Translations under genes and position numbers: made by a program
Shown: positions 39,780-52,403 of the stretch, piece by piece
Layout of the letters: every line of letters starts with the position of its first letter
Numbering within the stretch: position 1 is the stretch's first letter
Origin: Octopus vulgaris
Taxonomy: Eukaryota
DNA: 64,000 bases
Assembly: GCA_951406725.2 (NCBI GenBank)
Contig: OX597832.1
Location: 35,774,001 to 35,838,000, forward strand
Direction: 5' to 3'
The notes under the pieces: model-generated
The model's database searches: none
Told to the model about the DNA's origin: nothing
Seen by the model: only the letters and a program-made list of their open reading frames with translations

Positions 39780-40282
39780 TAGCAGTATCGCCCGGCGTTG
39801 CTCGGGTTTGTAAGGGAAATAACTATATAAGCATTTTTAGAGAGTTACTTCCCTTATAAATTCGGGCTTTCTTAGCCATTTTTGTTTTGGTGTCTTCAAG
39901 CCATGAAGTCGTTGTTCTAAAAGAACGCTGGTTTCCTTGACAACGCATTACGACGTTGACTTCTTTACACTCCCTTCCCCACAGCTTCACGAGGGAGGGA
40001 AGGGGGAGAAGCAAACAGGTGCAGCTGTGAGCGTGGACGCCAACTCCGCCGCCATCGACACACGAAAAATTATGCATTAAAATGGAATAAAAAATGATGT
40101 TAAATTATTTTTAAAATCGTAGACTCATCGTTGACACGCGCTAATAGCCAGACGGGCTCGATATGAATCACGACTATAAGATACCCGAATTTGGTTAAAC
40201 TGCACCGCAAAATGTGGGAGTAGTTAGGAATCTAAATCGAAGGGGACAGACACTCACACAACTAGAGTTTTATATATATAGA
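39779..40282 (-). mobile_element. non-autonomous Helitron
   Basis: Minus 5' TC-TATATATATAAAAC; 3' hairpin CCCGAGCAACGCCGGG then CTAG|T. Confidence 0.88.
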
Positions 40283-40294
40283 TATATCTGTTGG

Positions 40295-40681
40295 GGGGGG
40301 GGTTGCTTGCTTACGAACCACATAGTTCTGGGTTCATTCCCACTGCGTGGCATCTTGGGCAAGTGTCTTCTACTACAGCCTCGGGCCGACCAAAGCCTTG
40401 TGACTGGATTTGGTAGACGGAAACTGAAAGAAGCCCGTCGTTTATATGTATATATATATATATCTATGTGTGTGTGTATGTTTGTGTGTGTGTGTTTGTC
40501 CCTCGAACATCGCTTGACAACCGATGCTGGTGTGTTTGCATCCCTATAACTTAGCGGTTCGGCAAATGAGACCGATAGAATAAATACCAGGCTTACAAAG
40601 AATAAGTTCTGGGGTCGATTTGCTCGACTAAAGGCGGTGCTCCAGCATGGCAACAGTCAAATGACTGAAACAAGTAAAAGA

Positions 40682-40714
<33 letters not shown>

Positions 40715-40915
40715 TATACACACACACACACATGTATTTGTGTTTTTGTGTTTATCCCCCCCCCCCACCATCACTTGGCAACCAATGTTGGTGTGTTTAG
40801 CGGTTCAGCAAAAGAGACCAACAGAATAAGGACCAGGCTTACAAAGTCCTGGGGTCGATTTCTTCAACTAAAGCTGGTGCTCCAGCATGGTCGCAGTCAA
40901 ATGACTGAAACAATT
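40295..40915 (+). mobile_element. SINE family A with duplicated 3' module
   Basis: Matches 2211-2580; module GACCGATAGAATAA...CCAGCATGG...TGACTGAAACAA occurs twice. Confidence 0.8.
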
Positions 40916-41029
40916 GACTCTGTTGGTGTATTTGTTTTGTAAGATTCTTGATGTGAAATCTTGTGTTGAAACAAGGTACCCCGGGGGAATTTTGAACCCT
41001 ACCCTGGGTATTTTTACACTGATGTTATT

Positions 41030-41105
41030 CAAGGCACTGCTTGGAATTGAACTCGCAATCTTGGGATTGGTAGCCTGCGCTCTTAACCATTACGCTATAT
41101 ACCCA
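41030..41105 (-). mobile_element. tRNA-like SINE head (family D) or tRNA pseudogene
   Basis: Minus TAGCGTAATGGTTAAGAGCG (A box) and GAGTTCAATTCC (B box); no intact acceptor stem. Confidence 0.55.
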
Positions 41106-41217
41106 TGGGCAATTATAGAGTGTATATTTCAAGACGGTCATTTTCCCCCCTTTTCCAAATAAACACATGTGCTGTATATATATATTCTTCATTCATTTAA
41201 TGTTGTTCTTGTTCTAA

Positions 41218-41420
41218 GGCGGCGAGCTGGCAGAGTCGTTAGCAAGACAGGCAAAACGCTTAGTGGCATTTTGCCTGTCTTTATGTTCAGAGTTCAAATT
41301 ACGTCGACGTCGACTTTGCCTTTCATCCATTCGTGGTCGATAAATTAAGTACCAGTTGCATATTGGGGTCGATTAGGTAGACTGGTTCCCTCCCCAAATA
41401 TTTTGGGCCTTGTGCCAGCA
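41218..41420 (+). mobile_element. SINE family C (Nin-domain-like)
   Basis: GGCGGCGAGCTGGCAGAGTCG head, GAGTTCAAATT, GCCTTTCATCC...GTCGATAAATTAAGTACCAG. Confidence 0.82.
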
Positions 41421-41790
41421 CTTCTTTTAGCAAAGTAAAGGGTCCTGTCAGTGGACCTTGATCAACCTGGGCATGATGATGTGGACTCCTTTACAAAGCG
41501 GGGTCCCAAGGTTTTGTGTGAGTCCACCTTCAGATTCACCCTCAAAACATGGCTTCTTTGAAATTCAGACACTTGCAAGACTTCTTTTGTATGTGGCATG
41601 TTTTAAACAGTGTCATAGAGAACCTGTTTCACAATTTTATCGTAAAAGACTGTCTTTTACAATATATATATATATATATATATATACCGGAGTAAACACA
41701 TAAATGTGAAACAAGGTGGAAAAAAGAGTACTCAAATACCAGTGGTAGAGTAATATGCTTTATTTTAAGCAGCAGAAAATTCAACAAAAT

Positions 41791-41828
41791 CTGTTACTCT
41801 GAGTTTCTCGTTGCCGTTCATCAGACAG
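41791..41828 (-). ncRNA. minimal type I hammerhead ribozyme
   Basis: CTGT-CTGATGA-aCGgcaaCGa-GAAA-CTCaGAG-TA-ACAG. Confidence 0.75.
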
Positions 41829-41859
41829 TTCTTGCTAGAATGGAACTTGCTAGCAAGAA

Positions 41860-41897
41860 CTGTCTGATGAACGGCAATGAGAAACTCAGAGTAACAG
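41860..41897 (+). ncRNA. minimal type I hammerhead ribozyme
   Basis: CTGT-CTGATGA-aCGgcaaTGa-GAAA-CTCaGAG-TA-ACAG. Confidence 0.75.
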
Positions 41898-41929
41898 ATT
41901 TTGTTGAATTTTCTGCTGCTTAAAATAAA

Positions 41930-41950
<21 letters not shown>

Positions 41951-41964
<14 letters not shown>

Positions 41965-42482
41965 TGTAGTTGTGTGAGTGTCTGTCCCCTACGATTTAGA
42001 TTCCTACACCTCCCACATTTTGCGGTGCAGTTTAACCAAATTCGGGTATCTTATAGTCGTGATTAATATCGAGCCCGTCTGGCTGTTAGCGCGCATCTAC
42101 GATGAGTCTACGATTTTAAAAATAATTTAACATCATTTTTTATTCCATTTTAATGCATAATTTTTCGTGTGTCGATGGCGGCGGAGTTGGCGTCCACGCT
42201 CAAACACCTGCACCTGTGTTTGTTTCTTCCCCTTCTTCCCTCCCTCGTGAAGCTGTGGGGAAGGGAGTGTAAAGAAATCAACGTCGTAAAGCGTTGTCAA
42301 GGAGACCATCGTTCTTTTAGAACAACGACTTCATGGCTTGAAGACACTGAGTCAACGATTTAAAAAAAAATTACCATCATTTTTTATTCCATTTTTAATG
42401 CATTTTTTTGCTATAACTCTCTAAAAATGCTTATATAGTTATTTCCCTTACAAACCCGAGCAACGCCTGGCGATACTGCTAG
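41951..42482 (+). mobile_element. non-autonomous Helitron, same family as 39779-40282, opposite orientation
   Basis: High similarity to the reverse complement of that copy; ends CCCGAGCAACGCCTGG...CTAG|T. Confidence 0.88.
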
Positions 42483-44109
42483 TATGTATATATATATATA
42501 CAAAATAAGAAAATGGAGAAATATATCTAAATCATTCATCAACTATCAGATAATACGAATCATATACTTTATTAAAACACTACACATATATATATATAGG
42601 TACCGGTAAATATAATGGTTCGGAAGTTACCATTTGTAACGGTATGTGTATGATGTTGATGAAAACGAAAGAGTGATCAAAGTTGAGGTTGACTCCAATT
42701 TTTTATTTACTGTTACTTAATATAATGCCATGCTTCGACGGGCAGGTATGTATAATAATAATATAAGTGGAAAAACATGCGAGGTTAAGAAAGTTAATTT
42801 CGGCCTGTATTTGTCTGTACACGATCTCAGAAGTTTGTTGAGAGAGAGAAATGGTAATGTTGCAGAGAAAAGAACTCGAGTTAATGAAAACGAGAGAGTA
42901 TGGAACGAGACAACTTCTACGCTGGATAATTCCATAGTCGTCACTTTGTGAAGTTACTTCAGTTGAGACAACATTTCGTTTGAGCCGGCCACTCTCCTCT
43001 TTGCCAGTTACTCTCACTAACTTTTCCCTGAAGGCTGCTAGAATTCATAATAAGAATACAAGAAACAACCAAAGCAATGGATATTTTGCAGAGTCCATGT
43101 TATCTCAATTCACTTCTCTACCGCAGACGAGAGGTTAGAAGGGTCAAGTGGCAAAGACATAAATCGGCTCAGCGAAGCCGCCAGGTAAATGTAACTGTTG
43201 TCACTATAGTGTTCTCCGCGAGAAAAGTGCTGTTGAGATGCTAAGGGAATTTGGCAGATTTAGGTTCGAATCTTCTCTATGCCTAAATGAAGTCACTATG
43301 CTACTCCCCCACCCAGAGAGCTTCTAAGATAAAAAAGAGAAAGAAATGCATGGTTGAGGAAAAATTTTGTATATCAGGAGAGAAGATCATTGACGTGTAT
43401 GCGGGACAATTTTCTATTCGGATAGGTCCGAATCGCGGTGTTGCTTTGCGTGCCAAAATGGGCAGTGATTGGGTAGTACGGGAAATGAGTTAGTACGTGT
43501 GTACGCGTGAGGGCGTATACACGGGTGCAGGTGCACTTATGAAGATTCATTGTAGAATAAGGCTCAAGCGAGCGAGTGTATTCTCAATCCATGATGTCGT
43601 TGAACTTCGTTCAGTGTGTGAAGTGCTTGAAGGTTTTTTTAAGAAACAAAATGTGTCTGGTGCTGTTGTCGTGGGTGTTAGCAAGAACGACAGTGCAGTA
43701 TGTTGGAATGATGCGGAATTATTACGTGACCAAATAGAGGGTCTAAAACTTGGAAATTATGTCTAAACATGAGCGGCGCAGAGCAAGTGATCTTCCGGCG
43801 TTCGTCGAGCCGGGAAAAGAGCTGAGCGGGTTCAGACATGTTGGAAACAAAGTAGTGAGGCATAATAATATCGTGGTGTACGTGTGCGTAACTAGGTGCA
43901 AGGCTGAGGCTGTATGCTAGTGTTTGGGGTATTAAATGCCTTGAAATGTGCAGGAGTTAAAGTGAGGCATGTGGCGCGTTGTAGAGGACGAACAACTTTC
44001 TCTATGTATACGTGACCGACCTAGGATCTTATCGAGACGAGTTGTGTCTACAAGGGCGCAGGGAGCATGAAAAACAAGCGGGAAAGGCATGGTTACGATT
44101 CCTAACATT

Positions 44110-47100
44110 CCGGCCTACACCATCCAGGCGTGCATCCAGAATAGCGTTATAATCACCTCGCAAAACTAGTGTCCTTGATGTCACAACAAAGTTCTCCAGG
44201 CGTCGATAGAACTCATCCTGTTTGCTTGGCGTGCCAAGCGCGTAGATGCCAACCAGCCAAGTTGCAAGCCGACTGATTTCTCCTGGTTAATTTTTGCCCC
44301 TGCCACCGCTTCGTATCCTTTGATGGCGTCTTCTACACGAGGTAGCTGCCCTTCATCAGACACGGTGATAGTAACATCATCCGCATATGCCGTCGCATTT
44401 CTATCGTAATAGAGATCACGCGGGTCTGCCCCCATAGTCCCCAACCTCCGCAGCAGTGGCTCAAGAGCCAATACATATAGCAGCGGGGACAGGAGGCAGC
44501 CCTGGCGAACCGAACGCTCGATCGCGAAATGGTTCGAAAAGAACCCATTCATCCGGACGGCAGATTCGATGTTGCAATACATACCTTCGATCCAGCCTCG
44601 GAAAGTCGAGCCCAGTCCGACTGCCCGGAGATACCGATACCGATGCTCTACCCTATCGAATGCCTTAGGCTGCTCTAAATTCACCAGTGCCCCACCTTTG
44701 CCAGGAACTTTACCAACCCTCTGTATGGTGTAGCGAATGAGATGAAGGTTGTCATGTATCGTCCTTCCTGGGATGGCACATGTCTGTGCCTCTCCCACCA
44801 GTTCACCCACGACAATCCTCACTCTCTTGGCTAGCACTTTGGCCAAAATCTTTAACTCTGTGTTTAGCAGAGTTATTGGACGAAAATTATTAATGTTATC
44901 CCCCTTGCTCGGGTCCTTCTTGATCAGTGTAACCACTCCTCGGCTCACAGATTTGGGAATTCCCCCATTCTGCTGCTAATTCGCGTACTCACTGGACAGT
45001 ACTTTCCCCGAACAAGTCTGGCATACTTTTATAAAATTCGTAAGGTAGACCATTCATTCCGGGCGACTTGTCCCCGGGGTATTCGGAAAGCACCCCTATA
45101 ACCTGTTCAACCGTGATCGGCCCTTCACAGCGCTCAGCATTATGTGCCGAAAGACGAGGGCCGCCGGCCGGGAAATGCCGGAGGGCATCCCCATGGTCTA
45201 GCGTCCCGATCCTCCCGAACAACGTAGCAAAGTGCTCGCAAAAGACCTTGCACATCTCTTCTTGTCATTGGATCTCCTGTCCATGCTCGTCTACCACAGA
45301 CCTCATCGTAGCCTCCACGCCATTTTGGGTTTCTTCCGAGCGAGCGCACCCAGTAACGCGTTGATAGCCTCGCGGTCCAGTGCATGTATTTTAGCCAAGA
45401 CTCTGCATCCTTCGTGTTTGGCATTGAGGTGTCGGTCGAGGACCGATCTCGCCGCCAACACTTGGGGTGCAGAGCCCATCCTCAGCGCCTCTTCTAATAC
45501 CTTAACTAATTCCCTTTCTACTCTAGTCTGCTCTAGACTTAACTGCTTGCTAAATCTAATCGACTCAAGTCGAATGGCTCTTTTGAGGGCAATCCACCAC
45601 CGGTTGTTAATCACAGAGCCGGTTAGTGCACTCATTACTAACACCTTAATCTGGCTACGGTACGTCTCGCAATCCAATAGGGACTTGTTCAACTTCCAAT
45701 AGCCAGATCCCTTTCTACGAAACTTATCTATATGAAGCCTACATGTCACTAATTTGTGTTCTGTGTAGGGTATATAAGTAAACTGTGGACAGCTTAAACT
45801 AAACATCTCTAGCATTAAATATTATCCTGTATATATAAGACCTGATAGATCCACCGTTATTAGACCAAGTCCACATTGGAACGATCGGATTATCAAGTCT
45901 GTATCGATCTGCCAGCCTAAATCGCTTCAGCAGATCGATGAGGCGAGTCTACGCTATCCAGGCGTGCATCCAGAATAGCGTTAAAATCACCTAGGAAAAC
46001 TAGTGTCCTTGATGTCACAACAAAGGTCTCCAGGCGTCGATAGAACTCATCCCGTTTGCCTAGCATGCTAGGTGCAGAGATGCCAACCAACCTGAAGGCC
46101 TTACCTCTGTATATCAGATCCAGAACGACCGACTCGCCTTCTGGGTCCACGAAGATCGTACGTGTCTGCAGGGCCAGGCTTTTCTGGAGCAAAACTATAA
46201 CACCTCTACTCCCCCACTTCTGGCTTGAAGACATGACTTTCTCATAACCATTCAGGAGAGTTGAGAAAGCCTGCAGCTTGTCCAGCCTGGTCTCTGTGGC
46301 AACCATAATATCAATTATGTGTGACCTGAGGTCGTCGAGGAGGCAAGCCTGCTTCCTCTTCTAACCCAGGCCACGGACATTTAAACACACAATGCATAGT
46401 GTAGTCGTGTCAAACACGAAAAAGAAAGACATTCGAGCTTACCTGCTCGTTTATCTTTCGAAGGGGATTATTCTCAGTATTTCCGAGACAAGTTCCCCAC
46501 CTACTTTCTTTCACACAAAAATGGTTCTACGGTCGCGTTAAATACCTTAGGCAGTTCTTTCAGTTCCACTATCTTTTTTGGGTGTCTACTTTTGAGTTCG
46601 TTGTATAATTTTCGAGCGATTTTTCCCAACGTTACTGGACTCATCTTATTGTCGTTGACATATAAAGACGTTTTGTGGTGAGGCCCAATGACCCCATCAA
46701 GGTATTTGTTGTTGTTTTTGTAAACGATTGTCGTAGTGTCCTCTCTTTCAGGAATATCGATTGTCTCCGACATAAACTTATTTTCTTTCTTTTTCTTTTT
46801 TCCTTCAGTTCAGGTTTCTTGACTATTTTGGTATTTGGAGCCGCCTCCTGTGTACTGGTGGGCGACTCCATTCTCTTGGCTCTCTTACGTGACACCGTCT
46901 GGAAGTCCATATTTTCAGTAGACGGTGTCAAAACTAACTCTGGTTTCTCGGGGTTTTCCCTATAATGGAGGCGGTCGCTTGCTGTGTAATGGCCTTCTTG
47001 GCCGGAAGCGCCGCCTCTTTACTTTTCCCTTTGGGGTCATTTTTCCCCACTAATGGAGGCGGTTGTTTGCTGTGTAATGGCCTCCTTGGCCTGAGGTGCC

Positions 47101-47865
47101 GCCTCTTTACTTTTCCCCTTGAATTCGTCTTTACTAACCTCGCTGTGTCACAGACTCCTTGGCTGGGGTGGGGGACCGTCTCTTAGCTTTTCTTTTCCTC
47201 CTCCTCCTCGGCTTCCTAGTCCTTGTTTGCTTTTTTTTTGTGGGGTATTATGACCTCAGGTGCCCTTTTTTCTACAATGAAAAAACCTGGGTTTTCTCTC
47301 TTCCACATGGACGGGTAATTTTGACTCCTCTACGTGTATCGTTTTGGATGGACCTTCCAAATCCGGACTTGTCGTTTGTGCTAGGATCTCCAGAGTTTGA
47401 CTCCGCTAATTCTGTGGGGTGTCTCTGGAGATCTGAATAATATTTATTTTGTCCTCTCTCTTATAGAGGTGTGTGGAAACGGTCCATACTACCTCCACCT
47501 CTGGGGTGATATTCTTAATCCTTATCCGGGACGTACTGCGTCCCAGATATAGAGGCAGTAGCATGACGTTGCCACATAGCAAAGTTCGAGTTCAGAATTC
47601 TCTTGCCTTCTCAAGGTACAGTTCGTATGTAATCTCCCTCCGGTTGGGATTGCATGTAAACGTTATGAAAAGGTCAAAGTCAATTTTCTCGATAAATTCA
47701 CATGAACGTCTCCGCGATGCAACCAAACTCTTTTCCTGTCTTCCAGTCAGCTCACTGTTTCCAACGTCCTCTCAATGATTAGCCAGAGATGATTTTTAAA
47801 ATGGAAATATCTGAAATAAACTCGACTGCTCTCACAAACGAAAATACAAAAAATGAACCCGACCG
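44110..47865 (-). mobile_element. L1/Tx1-clade LINE with ORF1 and ORF2, disrupted and 3'-truncated
   Basis: Lys/Glu-rich ORF1 remnant (46.5-47.8 kb); ORF2 with AP endonuclease and RT motifs; higher GC than the flanks; no C-terminal Cys domain or tail. Confidence 0.9.
44257..46410 (-). pseudogene. L1/Tx1 ORF2 (AP endonuclease plus reverse transcriptase), frameshifted
   Basis: LNVRGL, ETRL, GDFNAILD, GYWKLN, KSPGMNGLPYEFY, FRPITLLNTELKILAK, KAFDRVEH, VRQGCLLSPLLY, YADD, INQEKS. Confidence 0.92.
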
Positions 47866-47879
47866 CTCTCAAAAATTAA

Positions 47880-48083
47880 GTAAAAAAAAAAACAGGAAAA
47901 ACAATCCAGAATCCTTGTCCAGTACCAGATCAATCCTCAAATCTAATCAGTTTGTGCCAGTCACAATGCCAAACGTCCCTGAAAGTTTCATTCGAATCCA
48001 TCCAGTGGTTCTTGCAATATGTTCACAGACAAACAAATACAACTGAAAACAATACCTCTGCCTTCGCTAAGGCTGAGGTAATA
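47880..48083 (+). mobile_element. 3' part of a Helentron-associated (HINE/DINE-like) non-autonomous element, tentative
   Basis: ACAGACAAACAAA tract followed by terminal stem-loop TACCTCTGCCTTcgctAAGGCTGAGGTA then AT. Confidence 0.45.
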
Positions 48084-49384
48084 ATGAGTCTGTCACAGCA
48101 GTTCAGCATAAGTTTTGGTGCCACTTCAACATTCACTGAAAACAGGCTCTTTCCAACTATAACACAATCTTATGTAATTCCACTGTCCAAAAACTCTTGA
48201 ACTCTCAAGCCAGAGCCTCATTACTGGAAGAAGTTTAATGTCTTACTCAGGACAGACTCAAAACTATAATTATACAATTGGAATCACTACATAAGGGCAT
48301 AATTAGCCCACTAATGAACCAGCAAGCAAACATCGATTTATTATTTAACCTATCAGATATAACAGCAAAATCTCCCTCAAATTTTATTTTTACCATCTTA
48401 AAATCAAAGGCAAACAAGACAACGAAGTCCCTGAAAACCCAGAATAGAAAACAGGGTTTTCATGGTAGGAATGTCTTTAATAACAAGTATACTCAATCAG
48501 GGTTAAGCCAAGGGCTAAACAACATCAATAGCTAATCTACTAATCGTTGGACAAAGAGATCAATATTGAACTTTGAAGAATAAAAGATTCCCTCCAAATG
48601 TCATCTCAGTTATTTAGTTGTTGTAGCAAACTATGTCTATAATGGCCAAGATCTCTCCTGTGATAAAATCAGCTAGAAATATGAAAGGATGAGATGATGC
48701 CTCGCACGAGATGCTGGTTGGCTGAAAGAATCATAAAGTGGCATGTTTGGCAGTGGAGTAATTTGTGTTGATGGGAATCGTACCTAAATTAGTGACTGGA
48801 AATTGATAAGAATCTGATAGACAATATATTTTGTCCTATGTTTGTGTAATTATCTAATGAGCAGCTTTCAATCACACATACTACTACTACTACTACTACC
48901 ACCACCACCACCACCACCACGACTGCTACTACTGCTGCTGCAGCCGCCACCACCACCACCACCAATATATATGAATAATTCGATTGTTCTTTTGTTGTTG
49001 TTGTTATTCCTTTGGTGAGTCAAATTTGTGACACTGTTTTGATCCCTAGTTGATGTTATTTTTGCATAACAAAGTCTTTTTCTCTTTTAGAGAAAAGAGG
49101 AGATTGTATTATTCTTGTATGTGAAGTGCAATGCTGTGTGGTAATGATGCTTAGGCCTTAAATTGGATTAGCAAAGAAAAGGCCGAAACGAAGCAAAGTA
49201 CTCCGCTGGGTGTATAATGTTGGTGTGGATGGATAGCAAAATACCAATGTGCTGAGAGTGAAACAGGATGTGGGAGGAATCGATTATAGGGCACAGGATG
49301 AAAGAAACTGCACTTGTATGAATATGTGATGTGCTTGGCAGATGAGGTGTACAGGATGTTGAAATTGGATGGAACCTGTTAAAT

Positions 49385-49860
49385 GAGATAAAGTTGTGAA
49401 GATTGACCTAATGATGTAGAACTCGATGGAAGAGATGACAAAGGACCATGGAGGTGAGAGATATGCAGCAGTGAAGGGGTCTCACCCATTCACACAAGCA
49501 TGGTGAAATCAATGTTAACATGGTGGTATCGATAGAGGCTGAGAAAATCAGTTCAGCATACATCTGTTGTCTTCTCACTCTTTTGATGCTTTCCACATCT
49601 CTATCACTCACCCCCACCTCTTCATTTACCTTTAATTCTATCCTCTGTACCCTACTCCTCATGAAACTAGACATGGTATTAGATCTATCCATATTCAGTC
49701 CTTCCATAAAACAATCCTTATAATGCTACTTGCTCATCCCTCTTGAGATCTGTGCTTAAAGAGTTGCATCAGATCGATCTCTACCCGAAACATTCTGACA
49801 TCATCTTTACTGTGCTGCCAATCATCACTTCCTTCGCCCTGGGAATTTTCAACATCCATC
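49385..49860 (-). mobile_element. decayed RTE-like LINE 3' fragment
   Basis: Minus ORF RVQRIELKVNEEVGV...VESIKRVRRQQMYA resembles the RTE C-terminal region; short GAT-like tail. Confidence 0.35.
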
Positions 49861-51154
49861 ACTCTCTCTCTCTCTCTCTCTTTTACCATCAATCATCTCA
49901 TTCATTACTCTCCGTCACTGTTCCTCCCTCCCTCCCATTTATTCTTGCTCCCACTCTCCACTCCTTCTGGTCCTTCTATCATTGCTCTTTCTTCTCTCCA
50001 CCCATGCAACCATGTTGCCTTGAATGAACAGAGATTAGGGGATTAGTGAGATTCTCATTCGTTTTGTAAGGTACAAGACATCTTCTCTGCTGTTGGTGCC
50101 ATAATAAAAGGCATTGAAGACACTCTTTAAAGTGGTTGGCAAATGAATGGAGATAATGCAGTGTTGAGGTAATCCTTTAATTTTGTCATTTCAAGGACAT
50201 AACAACCGTTTTAGGGTTGGTACTACAATAAAATGCACTCGGTACACTCTGTAAAGGTGTTGGTGTTAGGAAAAGAGTCCAACCATAAAAGTCACACCAA
50301 AAAGTAGAACCCGTGAGTGAGCCATTTACATATGAACTCGCTTGAACAATGACAAGTTCAACCCATGCTAGCATAAAAATCAGAATAAAATGTTAAAAAA
50401 TGATCCTAATTTTCTTCCCCTGCTTGTGTCCAATATAGTACATAGCAATTCTTTCATCATTATCTTGGTAAATATGCTGAGGAGATCTAAGAATATCAAT
50501 GCCTGACCAGAGTTGTCTGCCCTATTTTTTGGAGTGATTAAAATAATATTAAGATCCTCACCATATAAATTATTTTTTTATTGGCATTCTAATGCTCAGT
50601 GCTTTAAACCTGGTAACACATCCATGTACAATCATAGTCATTCCTACGATGACCACCACTATCATCACCACCCATACCATCATTACTACTATAAAACCCT
50701 GTCTGCAACTACACACACATACACGCACATGCAGATGCACATACTGACATACACATATGCACAGACATATACACACACACCACACACACACTACACACAC
50801 ACACATACCACACACACACACATACCTGTGAAACCGTCATCCACGTTCTGTTCCGATGGTGGCCAGGTAACAAAGACATGAAGTCAGACTAATTTCTAGA
50901 CAGAATCAACTCAGAAGATGAGAACGAGAGAAGATAACAGATTCTGCGGAAAAGAATTTAAATAACTGCAGCAGACATGAAGAAAAAGAGGAGAGACATC
51001 TATATAGGAATCGTTCACTGAGAACACATCTGTCATCACTTCCAGCATCTATTTGTCACTTTTACCGCTTCCATTACCACAATAGTTCTACCATCGTTGT
51101 CACCAACATTTCCAGCACGATCACACCTCAACACTGATGCCATCAATGCCTTGA

Positions 51155-51811
51155 CCAGAGAAAAATCCTATGGTTCAATCATGGCATGAATGTAGCTATT
51201 AACATGGCTGGGAAATTCTTAAAACTAATAGAAAACCACTTCCCACATTCACACAAATACCACAAAATCTTCAACAGAAACGCTGTTAAAATTAGCTATA
51301 GTTGCCCCCCCACCTCAATACAGGGCCAATAATACTTAATTACAATAAACATAGACACCCCAGAAAGACAGGGCAACTTCAGATCCCCAAACCGTTTCCC
51401 TCTAAACAACAACTGTCTCGAGAAAGAACTCATGTACGAGGCCAAGGTCACAGACCCCAACGGAGTAATAAAGACGTATATCAGAATGATGGGAAACTCA
51501 TTAAAAGAAAGGTGTATGCAATATCGTGTGTCATTCAGAGACAAAAACCCCCAAAAACATCCTTATCAAATATGATAAGGACATTGAAAGATGGTGGGAT
51601 AAGCAACCCCCTAATAGAATGGAAAATCATTGCTCAAGCTAAAAAATACAGAGGACGGGGCACCAAGTGTGAACTGTGCATTACTGAAAAATTAAATATT
51701 ATTCAATCAACAGACAACGTCTTCAACATTGGGGATGAAACCTCTTCTCTCTGCATACATAAGCAATATTTTATACTAAAATACTTTGAAGAATACCCCC
51801 CCCCCCTATAA
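51155..51811 (+). pseudogene. Penelope-like element C-terminal region with GIY-YIG endonuclease (possibly Naiad-type)
   Basis: KILWFN...NVAINMAGKFLKLIENHFPHSHKYHKIFNRNAVKISYSC; later TSLSNMIRTLK...IEWKIIAQAKKY...CELCITEKLNI...FNIGDE...CIH. Confidence 0.85.
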
Positions 51812-52184
51812 ATGCGGGTAACTACAAACTAGGGCAACCCTAAATGAACAGACAAACTTCACACAACAAAGAAGAAATGTCACGAATTCCACACAAAGAA
51901 GAAATAACATACAGGCACAAAACACCATACCCAGAAAAAGACCATAACAAATATTAAGAAATATAAAGAAATTTATCGAAAAGACAAATCTTGGGGAAGA
52001 CAAACTCCAAAAATCGTCTTCAAGAGTCGAGTCCTTTGATTCACTTCTTCATTGTTTCGTTTACGTGAACTTATGAGGAATCCCGTGAAAGAAACGAGAT
52101 TGTTTTCCAAAATGGAGGCAAACACTTTTCTCCATGTGATTGGCTTGAAAAATTGTTAAGACACTTGGATATTTAGCCTGGGGT

Positions 52185-52403
<219 letters not shown>

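Larger units (their letters stand above)
41687..41930. mobile_element. (TA)n-flanked fold-back element with one HHR in each arm
   Basis: 81-bp near-perfect arms 41758-41838 / 41850-41930 with an 11-nt spacer. Confidence 0.85.

Noticed and set aside
41030-41105. Functional tRNA gene
   Set aside because: A and B boxes are present, but the acceptor and anticodon stems do not pair and it is embedded in a repeat
52065-52105. Possible HHR downstream of the Penelope GIY-YIG remnant (CTTATGAGGAATCC...GAAA)
   Set aside because: Core and stems are too degenerate to call
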